Shown piece after piece: positions 29,472 to 36,856 of a stretch of DNA of 64,000 nt (position 1 is the stretch's first letter; each line of letters starts with the position of its first letter). This DNA comes from Bacteroidales bacterium (GTDB lineage Bacteria; Bacteroidota; Bacteroidia; Bacteroidales; WCHB1-69). The notes under the pieces were generated by a model. That model was given only the letters and a program-made list of their open reading frames with translations, did no database searches and was not told the origin of the DNA. Position numbers and translations under genes: made by a program. The stretch lies in assembly GCA_963556065.3 (NCBI GenBank), contig CAUVYH020000001.1, forward strand, positions 8,446 through 72,445, given 5' to 3'.

Positions 29472-32129
29472 TTATTGCTCTTTGCTTCCCCAAGCTTTGA
29501 TATACATCTCCTTAATCTCCCCAATGGAGGGATAGCGGGGATTAGCACCCGTGCACTGGTCATCAAAAGCCAATTCGGAGATCCTATCCAACGAAGCGAA
29601 GAACTCGTCTTTATCAACCCCGGCTTCCCGGATGGATGCCGGAATATTTACCGCAGTTTTCAATTCGGAGATGGCGTGAATCAGGTTTTCAAGTTTTTCT
29701 TCGTTGCTTTTTCCGCCAAAACCAAGGTAATCGGCCATACGGGCGTACCGTTCGATGACATTCGGGAACTTGTACTGAGGGAAGGTGGCCTGTTTGCGAG
29801 GGACATCCGTAGCATTGAAACGAATGGTCTGTTCAATCAAAAGCGCATTGGCCAATCCATGGGCAACATGAAATTCAGATCCCAACTTGTGCGCCATCGA
29901 GTGATTTACACCTAAAAAGGCATTGGCAAAAGCAATTCCTGCGAGATTGGAAGCATAGTGCATCTTTTCACGAGCCATCGGATTCTTTGCCCCTTGGTGA
30001 TAGGATGCCGGTAAATATTTGAAAATTAACCGGGCGGCTTCGAGCGCATACGGTGTCGTATATTCGGTGGCATACACCGAAACCAATGCTTCCAGCGCAT
30101 GCGTGAGGGCATCTATTCCCGACCAGGCAGCCAGCTGTTTGGGCATCGTCATCACAAAATCTGGATCGATAATGGCCATATTCGGCGTTAGCTGATAATC
30201 GGCGATTGGATATTTGATTCCGGTTTTTTCATCGGTGACCACAGCGAAAGGAGTCACTTCGGAACCCGTTCCGGATGTCGTCGGAATGGCCACCATCATC
30301 GCTTTCTTGCCCAATGAAGGAAACTGGTAGATTCGTTTGCGGATATCCATAAACCGAAGGGCCAATCCTTCAAATTCAACATCGGGGTATTCGTACATCA
30401 GCCAGATAATTTTGGCTGCATCCATGGGTGAGCCCCCGCCTAATGCGATAATCACATCCGGTTGAAAACCATTGATGGCCAAAACCCCCTTGTTGATGTT
30501 TGCCAACGTCGGATCCGGATCAATATCTTGGAATACGGCGGTTTCGATTCCCATTTTGGCAAGATACGAAATCAATTTATCGGTGTAACCTAAAGAAAAG
30601 AGGGCTTTATCAGTCACGATGAATGCTTTTTTCTTTCCCTGAAGTTCGGTTAGTGCGATGGGCAAACAGCCCGGTTTGAAAAATATTTTTGGAGGTACCT
30701 GAAGCCACAACATGTTTTCTCTTCTTTCTGCGTTCGTTTTTATATTGATCAAATGTTTAATTCCTACGTTTTCGCTCACCGAGTTACCGCCCCATGAGCC
30801 ACATCCGAGCGTAAGTGACGGATCAAGGCGGAAGTTGTAAATATCCCCGATTGCCCCTTGCGATGCCGGCATATTCACGAGCAATCTCCCGGTAGGGATC
30901 AGTCCTCCGAAAGATTCCACCCGATCGGTATTGCCGGGATTGGTGTAGAGCACCGAGGTGTGGCCAATTCCACCAAACTGCACCAGACGGATGGCTTTCA
31001 ACTCCGCTTCTTTGAATTCTTTAGCCCGATACATGGCCAGCACCGGAGAGAGTTTTTCGTAAGTAAACGGTTCGTTCTCCGATATTTCGGAAGCTTCCCC
31101 AATCAACACCTTGGCTGTTTTCGGAACCGAAACCCCGGCCATTTCCGCGATCTTCCATGCCGGTTGTCCCACGATGGCCGCATTCAGATGCCCATTGTTG
31201 ATGATGCAACGGCCGACTTTCTCTTTTTCCTCGTCATTGAGCACATACGCCCCATTGGCGATAAATTCGCGCTTCACCTCATCGTAAACCTCATCTACCA
31301 CCACGACCGATTGTTCGGACGCACAAATCATCCCGTTGTCGAACGTTTTGCTCATCAAAACAGAGCACACCGCCATCTTAAGATTTGCCGTTTCATCGAT
31401 GATGGCCGGGGTATTGCCGGCCCCCACACCAATGGCGGGAATGCCTGAAGAATAGGCGGCTTTAACCATTCCCGGGCCGCCGGTGGCTAAAATCAGGTTG
31501 ATGCTTTTGTGATGCATCAGAAATTGGGAAAGTTCAACCGTCGGGTTTTCAATCCAGCCAATGATATCCGCAGGAGCTCCCGCGGCCACCGCCGCATTCA
31601 AAACAATACGAGCCGCTTCAATGGTTGATTTTTGAGCTTTGGGATGTGGGGAGAAGATAATCCCGTTCCGGGTTTTTAAGCTGATTAATGCTTTAAAAAT
31701 GGTCGTTGATGTTGGGTTTGTGGTTGGAACAATCCCTGCAATAAGGCCAATGGGTTCTGCAAATTTACGAATACCGTATGTCTGATCATCTTCAATCAAT
31801 CCGCAGGTTTGCTCATCTTTATATTTGTTGTAGATGTATTCCGAAGCAAAGTGGTTTTTTATCACTTTATCCTCTACAATTCCCATCCCGGTTTCTTCCA
31901 CGGCCATTTTTGCTAGATGAATTCGTTGTCCGGCGGCCGCAAATGCGGCTTTGGCAAAGATCTCATCCACCTGTTTCTGCGAAAATGTACGAAATACTTT
32001 CTGGGCACGCACCACCCGTTGTATCATCTGTTCCACTTTTTCAATCTCCGGATTTGCATAGGTTACGGATTCTATCGTTTGGTTTTTTTCTTGAATTTCA
32101 GAACCTTCTATATTTTTCTTAGCACTCAT
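29472..32129 (-). CDS. adhE: Bifunctional acetaldehyde-CoA / alcohol dehydrogenase
   Basis: 885 aa. N-terminal ALDH domain (NGMICASEQS catalytic Cys) and C-terminal Fe-ADH domain (GGGSPMDAAK, HSMAHKLG, HGLANALL). Confidence 0.95.
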   Translation of the reverse strand: MSAKKNIEGSEIQEKNQTIESVTYANPEIEKVEQMIQRVVRAQKVFRTFSQKQVDEIFAKAAFAAAGQRIHLAKMAVEETGMGIVEDKVIKNHFASEYIYNKYKDEQTCGLIEDDQTYGIRKFAEPIGLIAGIVPTTNPTSTTIFKALISLKTRNGIIFSPHPKAQKSTIEAARIVLNAAVAAGAPADIIGWIENPTVELSQFLMHHKSINLILATGGPGMVKAAYSSGIPAIGVGAGNTPAIIDETANLKMAVCSVLMSKTFDNGMICASEQSVVVVDEVYDEVKREFIANGAYVLNDEEKEKVGRCIINNGHLNAAIVGQPAWKIAEMAGVSVPKTAKVLIGEASEISENEPFTYEKLSPVLAMYRAKEFKEAELKAIRLVQFGGIGHTSVLYTNPGNTDRVESFGGLIPTGRLLVNMPASQGAIGDIYNFRLDPSLTLGCGSWGGNSVSENVGIKHLINIKTNAERRENMLWLQVPPKIFFKPGCLPIALTELQGKKKAFIVTDKALFSLGYTDKLISYLAKMGIETAVFQDIDPDPTLANINKGVLAINGFQPDVIIALGGGSPMDAAKIIWLMYEYPDVEFEGLALRFMDIRKRIYQFPSLGKKAMMVAIPTTSGTGSEVTPFAVVTDEKTGIKYPIADYQLTPNMAIIDPDFVMTMPKQLAAWSGIDALTHALEALVSVYATEYTTPYALEAARLIFKYLPASYHQGAKNPMAREKMHYASNLAGIAFANAFLGVNHSMAHKLGSEFHVAHGLANALLIEQTIRFNATDVPRKQATFPQYKFPNVIERYARMADYLGFGGKSNEEKLENLIHAISELKTAVNIPASIREAGVDKDEFFASLDRISELAFDDQCTGANPRYPSIGEIKEMYIKAWGSKEQ

Positions 32130-32154
32130 TTCAGTAATTTTTTAGGATTTAAGA

Positions 32155-32415
32155 CTATAATTTTTCCAACATGTCAATGATCTTTTGCACACTGGCTTCG
32201 CTCATCAGCGTTCCGTTGATTTCGGCATACGGCGGTTTCGGGTCTTCGCCTAGTTCGTTGCAACCCAGGCAAACGGAAGCTTCCACGGTTACTTTTTGCG
32301 CCAACTGTGGAGGAAGCTTGGTTTTGAGTTCGCGGAGTTCGTGCCCACCCATTACATAACAATAGGTTCCTACGCAGATCTTGATTTTGATTGGATTTTC
32401 GGTTTTCTTTTCCAT
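32155..32415 (-). CDS. Thioredoxin-like [2Fe-2S] ferredoxin (NuoE/HndA-like), variant Cys spacing
   Basis: 86 aa. Cys pattern C-x4-C-x29-C-x2-C (ICVGTYC ... CLGC). 15 nt after the PP2C gene and 25 nt before adhE. Confidence 0.75.
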   Translation of the reverse strand: MEKKTENPIKIKICVGTYCYVMGGHELRELKTKLPPQLAQKVTVEASVCLGCNELGEDPKPPYAEINGTLMSEASVQKIIDMLEKL

Positions 32416-32430
32416 AATCTTCTTGGTTTT

Positions 32431-33627
32431 TTAGATATAGGTTATTTTTACTTTTTTTAAATATTTTTCTTCCAGTAATTGGGCAATTCGTTTAACCACA
32501 TTTCTCCTGATTTCGAGCTCTACCGGTAAACAGGGATCCTGATGCGCTTCGTTGATGCGGGTTCCGATCACCAAATCAATCACATCGGATGTGGAAATCA
32601 GATTATAAAGCTGAATGGCGGGATTGCTTGAGTGTATAGATTTTAAACTCTTTTTATCGAGCAATTCACTCAACGAGCCAAGGGTAAGAATCCCTTCGGT
32701 AACCAGATCCACACCAACCATCGTCCCCGACGGCGGCAATTCAAAATCGGGAGCATCCATATTGATGATGATTTCCTGATTGAGTTCGCGTGCAATGATT
32801 GAAGAGGTGGTTCCGCCACAGATGACCTTTTTCCCATTATAAGTCCTAACGATTTCAGCGAGTTCCATATCGTTGGTTTTGTTATACGGGGGTCCCGAGC
32901 AGATAAGCAAACAACGTGGCCGGCGCATGTATATCACCGCACAGGTGGTGTCGTCTTTCGCCTTATTGTTATCATTTATAAGCGATTGATCAACTATCTG
33001 TTGAGCCAATTCGTGCGCGGAGATATGGGGCTTTTTTTGCAATATTTTTTCAACAAACTCAACAATTCCGGATTCTTCCCATCCGAAGGGGTACTCTTTT
33101 TGCCCGATTCCCGACTGGTTTACGCCGTCGCTATAAAAGATCAGCCGGTCGCCTTCCTGCATTTTAAAATTGGAGAGTCGGATCTTTTTTTGAATGTGAT
33201 CGGTTTCGATATCGAGGCTCTTTTTCTCTATTTGAATCGGATTGCCCTTACGGAAATAGACAAACGGAGGATTGTCATATTCCGCCATCTCGGTGTTTCC
33301 CTGTCTGTCGATATCTACAATGGTAAAGGTCGCATAGCTGATGTTCCGTTTGCTGTCCACCGGCAGTGTTTGCATGATCATGGTTGCCGAGCGCAGTACC
33401 GGCTCGAGCCGTTGGCGATAGTTGAGTGCCATGGAAGCCGTCATTGTGCTTAACACACTGGCTTTGATTCCGCTGCCGAGACCATCCGAAAGCACCGAGA
33501 CAAATCGGTTTTTGCCATCCACCATTTTGGTCAGAAAAGCATCTCCGCAAACCAGATTCCCGTGTTTGTTGATTTGTGAAAATCCTATTTCCACAAAAGT
33601 GCTTTCTTTATTGATCGGGCTCATCAT
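32431..33627 (-). CDS. PP2C/SpoIIE-family serine phosphatase with an uncharacterised ~160-aa C-terminal domain
   Basis: GDAF...VLSDGLGSGIKASV...FYSDGV...KDDTTCAVI metal-binding motifs. Its ATG is 1 nt after the HydS-like stop codon. Confidence 0.85.
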   Translation of the reverse strand: MMSPINKESTFVEIGFSQINKHGNLVCGDAFLTKMVDGKNRFVSVLSDGLGSGIKASVLSTMTASMALNYRQRLEPVLRSATMIMQTLPVDSKRNISYATFTIVDIDRQGNTEMAEYDNPPFVYFRKGNPIQIEKKSLDIETDHIQKKIRLSNFKMQEGDRLIFYSDGVNQSGIGQKEYPFGWEESGIVEFVEKILQKKPHISAHELAQQIVDQSLINDNNKAKDDTTCAVIYMRRPRCLLICSGPPYNKTNDMELAEIVRTYNGKKVICGGTTSSIIARELNQEIIINMDAPDFELPPSGTMVGVDLVTEGILTLGSLSELLDKKSLKSIHSSNPAIQLYNLISTSDVIDLVIGTRINEAHQDPCLPVELEIRRNVVKRIAQLLEEKYLKKVKITYI

Positions 33628-33628
33628 T

Positions 33629-35383
33629 TTAGTGAGAATTTAATTCATTGTCGATATTCAAGGGCTTTTTTTGATCGTGCGACTCCAAGATAGAATTCAG
33701 CATCGATTCGGTAAAGGAGGAGTTCTCTCCCAGCAGGTAAGCAATGCGCTGAACCGCTTCGAGATTTTGTTTGATCACCTCGTGAATACGGCCGGTCATG
33801 AGCTCATGCTGGACTTCCGGCTCCGACATATCCCGGACAATGGCACAGGCCAGTCGGTATTGCAAAATATTGACAATGGTAATGTGATAAAACTTTTCCC
33901 CTTCGCGCAAATCGTGTTCAATCAGCTCTGCCTCTCCCAAAAAGATGGCGTCGAAGAACTTTTCGAACGAAATGTAGGGCCGGATATCCGTTCCCTGAAT
34001 CCCTTTTTCACTCTCAAAGATGGTATTAAACGGCTTCCCGGCGGCTTCGGCAAATTTTTGGTTGCAATCCACCACGTGGAATCGTTCGTCCACCATCACC
34101 ACCCCGTACGGCATTTTTTGCAACAACACCGAAGCCTTATCCTGAGCCACTTTCCTCATGTACGACACACACATGATCCGGTTTGCTTTCCCATCGAGTA
34201 ATGCTTGCGCAAACTCCCGGCAATTATCGTAACCGCATCCGGCACAATTCAGTTCATCCTTTTTGGAAAACTTTCCCAAGCCATGCATGATTTCAGTAAT
34301 CTCATCTTCGGGATAAACACATTGAATCACCGGCAACAACGAATATTGCTCGGAAAGTTCCGCCCTCGTCATTTTTCGTTCAGCCGTTATCTCCGATGTT
34401 TTTTTGCTTTGCTGCGCATATTTTTCGATTTTCAGTTTATGAAGCAACGGGGTTTTGTTTGTTACCGCCGGACCGTTGATGCATCCACCATTACAAGCCA
34501 ACAGTTCTAAAAATATTTTCTCGGAAACGTTGCTTTCGTCTAACTCTTCGATAATTGATTTCACGCTTTTCATTCCGGAAAAACTGTATGATTTTACCTT
34601 TGCATCCCCCAGTTCTTGATTGATTCCGGTTACCATTCCGCCCTCAATTGGATATAACAGCGGAGCTTCTTCCAATTCGCTTGCGGTTAAGCCGAAGTTG
34701 CGATCCGGTTCAAATGATTCAAAATCAATTCGACTCTCTTCGAACCATTCCAAGAGTTCGGTATAGGTCAAGGCCGCATCAATCGCTGATTTATGATAAA
34801 TCATTTCCTGTTTTTTGGCCACGCAAGGTCCGATGAACGCGATAAAAGCATTTTCGCCATACTCCTTGCGAAGCAAACGGGCATGCGCTTCCACTGGCGA
34901 AACCACCGGTATGATGCTTGAAGCCAACTGCGGGTGATATTTGACAATTAGATTAACCACGACCGGACAGCAACTGGAAATATGGATGTTTTTCGTGGAA
35001 TTTCGGACGTAATCGGCTGAAAACCGGGTAACCAGTTCCGCCCCAACGGCCGTTTCCTCAACTACAGAGAACCCCAGATTATAAAGCGCTTTAAACATCG
35101 TTGCTTTTTGAACACTTCCAAATGAGCTCACCCAAGAAGGGGCAAGCGAGGCAATCATTTTTTTGCCTTGTTTCAACGCTAATTTCACCGACGGCAAATC
35201 GGCTCTGTAATGTTTCGCCTTTGCCGGACAAGCCCCCAAGCATTTTCCACAATAAATACACAAATCTTCAATTACGGAGGCGCTGTTATCCTCTATTTTG
35301 ATGGCTTTTACCGGACATTCGCGAATACAACGGTAACAATCCACACAATTGTTTTTTTCGGTGTAAATTACGGAGCGATTCAT
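33629..35383 (-). CDS. HydS-like putative sensory [FeFe]-hydrogenase (2x[4Fe-4S] + H-domain + extra Cys4 motif + PAS)
   Basis: CVDCYRCIRECP and CIYCGKCLGACP. H-cluster motifs ISSCCP, GPCVAKKQE and ELLACNGGCINGP (L2 Met replaced by Gly, L3 Met replaced by Leu). CAGCGYDNC-x16-C (Cx2Cx4Cx16C). C-terminal PAS-like region (GVVMVDERFHVVDCNQKFAEAAG). Confidence 0.85.
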   Translation of the reverse strand: MNRSVIYTEKNNCVDCYRCIRECPVKAIKIEDNSASVIEDLCIYCGKCLGACPAKAKHYRADLPSVKLALKQGKKMIASLAPSWVSSFGSVQKATMFKALYNLGFSVVEETAVGAELVTRFSADYVRNSTKNIHISSCCPVVVNLIVKYHPQLASSIIPVVSPVEAHARLLRKEYGENAFIAFIGPCVAKKQEMIYHKSAIDAALTYTELLEWFEESRIDFESFEPDRNFGLTASELEEAPLLYPIEGGMVTGINQELGDAKVKSYSFSGMKSVKSIIEELDESNVSEKIFLELLACNGGCINGPAVTNKTPLLHKLKIEKYAQQSKKTSEITAERKMTRAELSEQYSLLPVIQCVYPEDEITEIMHGLGKFSKKDELNCAGCGYDNCREFAQALLDGKANRIMCVSYMRKVAQDKASVLLQKMPYGVVMVDERFHVVDCNQKFAEAAGKPFNTIFESEKGIQGTDIRPYISFEKFFDAIFLGEAELIEHDLREGEKFYHITIVNILQYRLACAIVRDMSEPEVQHELMTGRIHEVIKQNLEAVQRIAYLLGENSSFTESMLNSILESHDQKKPLNIDNELNSH

Positions 35384-35386
35384 GGC

Positions 35387-35644
35387 TTAGGCTTTTAGGA
35401 TTGAAAAATGAGAGTCCAGCAAGGATTCAATCATATCGGGATTCACGTGATAATAGGCCTTCCCGGCAATTGCAATGACGGGACCGTTAATACAGTCTCC
35501 AGCACACAGATGACCCCGAAAATCAATCTCTGCTTTCAGTTGGTGCTCCTCAATATAGGCCTTCATGATTTCAAGCACCCGGTCGTTCCCTCTTGCGAAA
35601 CAAGAGCTGCCCAAACATATTCGAATTTCAATTGTCGTTTTCAT
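35387..35644 (-). CDS. Thioredoxin-like [2Fe-2S] ferredoxin (HfsA/NuoE-like)
   Basis: ATG 35644 gives MKTTIEIRICLGSSC.... Cys pattern C-x4-C-x31-C-x3-C. Its stop is 3 nt before the HydS-like ATG. Confidence 0.8.
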   Translation of the reverse strand: MKTTIEIRICLGSSCFARGNDRVLEIMKAYIEEHQLKAEIDFRGHLCAGDCINGPVIAIAGKAYYHVNPDMIESLLDSHFSILKA

Positions 35645-35651
35645 CTTTTTA

Positions 35652-35669
35652 TTGTTATTTGTTTCACAA
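35652..35669. promoter_or_regulatory. Rex-box-like palindrome in the leader of the Fd-HydS operon
   Basis: TTGTTAT-TTGT-TTCACAA compared with the Rex consensus TTGTGAA-N4-TTCACAA (Clostridial variant TTGTTAA-N4-TTAACAA). Lies 8-25 nt upstream of ATG 35644. Confidence 0.35.
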
Positions 35670-35682
35670 CTGATCAACCTTA

Positions 35683-35699
35683 AGCCAAAGAACATGCCA
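35683..35699 (-). promoter_or_regulatory. Candidate sigma-54 (-24/-12) promoter of the Fd-HydS-PP2C-Fd-AdhE-hydrogenase operon
   Basis: Minus strand 5'-TGGCATGTTCTTTGGCT-3' compared with TGGCAC-N5-TTGCW. GG and TTG are correctly spaced, but the -12 C is G. Lies 55 nt upstream of the ATG. No TAnnTTTG box was seen in this intergenic region. Confidence 0.4.
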
Positions 35700-35863
35700 T
35701 ATAGTATATATTATTGATTTACTGTTTGTTACATCCATTTTTAGGAAACATTAAATCCATTAAGTGTCATATTTCAATACAGTTTTTAATCCGGTAATGT
35801 TCACAAATAGTACAGTGGTAGATATTAGGACATTTTGACAGATAAACAAATCATACCCGAAAG

Positions 35864-35891
35864 CAAAAAAGCCACCGGAATAAACCAATGG
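35864..35891 (-). terminator. Rho-independent terminator after the first operon
   Basis: Minus strand CCAUUGG-UUUAUU-CCGGUGG (7 bp including 2 G.U) followed by CUUUUUUG. Lies 62 nt after the stop of the 35953..36201 ferredoxin. Confidence 0.5.
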
Positions 35892-35952
35892 ACTTTTAGG
35901 GATCAGAACTTAAACAACAATTCTTTTTGTGGGATAAACGAACGGAGAACAC

Positions 35953-36201
35953 TTACCGGGAGAGGTGTTTGTCGAGCAACGGAACCACCTCTTCCGGCGA
36001 TACTTTTTCGCAGCGAACGCCATTGATAACAATCACGGGGCCTTTCATGCAAAGGCAGGTACATAATATCCCCTTCACTTCCAAGGAGACTTCCAACGGG
36101 TTGGTCTCCGCATATTTCCGGATGATTTCCAGATTGTGATTGTTTCCTCTGGCATAACATGAGCTTCCCATGCAAACCACCACGTTGTTTGATGCAGACA
36201 T
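35953..36201 (-). CDS. Thioredoxin-like [2Fe-2S] ferredoxin
   Basis: ATG 36201 gives MSASNNVVVCMGSSC.... Cys pattern C-x4-C-x31-C-x-C-x-C. Starts 1 nt after the Rex-like stop codon. Confidence 0.75.
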   Translation of the reverse strand: MSASNNVVVCMGSSCYARGNNHNLEIIRKYAETNPLEVSLEVKGILCTCLCMKGPVIVINGVRCEKVSPEEVVPLLDKHLSR

Positions 36202-36202
36202 G

Positions 36203-36856
36203 TTACACGAGTTGATTTTTGATTTGTTCCATCGACTTGATGAGATCATTCGGGTTTAAAATCGGCGTATTGATCATTGTCAGACCCTCTGGGAAATTCA
36301 TAATAGGCTTGGCCAGATTCCAAACCAGTTTCACCCCATGCTCCGACATCTGCAAAACCAGTTTTTTGGCAACATCAAGGTCAACGAAAGGAGCAATTAT
36401 TGCCCGTTCAATGTGTAATCTCTCTGTTAAATCCGTGATTTTAGAAATCGGATTAATAATAAAATCCGCTCCCATTTTTGGATTTTCGGAAGCACTATTG
36501 TCAAAAAAAGCGGAGATTGTCAAATCAATATTGGCCTCTATTTGGGCTTTATTCTGAATGTACCAGGCAATGTTCCCAATATATATAAACTCGTTCTCAT
36601 GATTAAACCCCAATAGTTTTTCGATACTATCGATCATGAACTGCGTGTTTGTAATCCCCAATACCGGATCAATGGCTGCGGTGTATAACAAATCGTCGAG
36701 AACCATCTGCTTTGTATAGCTCAGCTCCTCGGCAATCCGTTCGGCAGAGACATAACTGCGATTTTGTAATATGGCAAATCTTAAAAAATTCAGATAAGCC
36801 CTCATTCTCCTCAAGGTTGGAAGAGGTATTGCTTCATGACTTTTTTTCGTTTTCAT
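36203..36856 (-). CDS. Divergent Rex-like (winged-helix + Rossmann-like) putative redox-responsive regulator
   Basis: ATG 36856 gives MKTKKSHEAIPLPTLRRMRAYLNFLRF...VSAERIAEEL..., which is collinear with the Rex N-terminus (IP.AT.KRLPLYYR.L...VSS.ELA). The Rossmann GxGxxG position reads IYIGNIAWY. The C-terminus (VWNLAKPIMNFPEGLTMINTPIL) resembles Rex ILNFAP..L.VP..V.V. Confidence 0.55.
   Translation of the reverse strand: MKTKKSHEAIPLPTLRRMRAYLNFLRFAILQNRSYVSAERIAEELSYTKQMVLDDLLYTAAIDPVLGITNTQFMIDSIEKLLGFNHENEFIYIGNIAWYIQNKAQIEANIDLTISAFFDNSASENPKMGADFIINPISKITDLTERLHIERAIIAPFVDLDVAKKLVLQMSEHGVKLVWNLAKPIMNFPEGLTMINTPILNPNDLIKSMEQIKNQLV

Noticed and set aside
29475-31448. Plus-strand ORFs (146 and 196 aa) antisense to adhE
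   Set aside because: adhE is unambiguous on the minus strand. The antisense products are R/H/G-rich with no domain signatures.
35796-35813. A second Rex-like half-site (TTTGTGAACA on the minus strand) in the Fd-HydS upstream region
   Set aside because: Only one half-site matches. The partner half (ACCGGAT) is unrelated.
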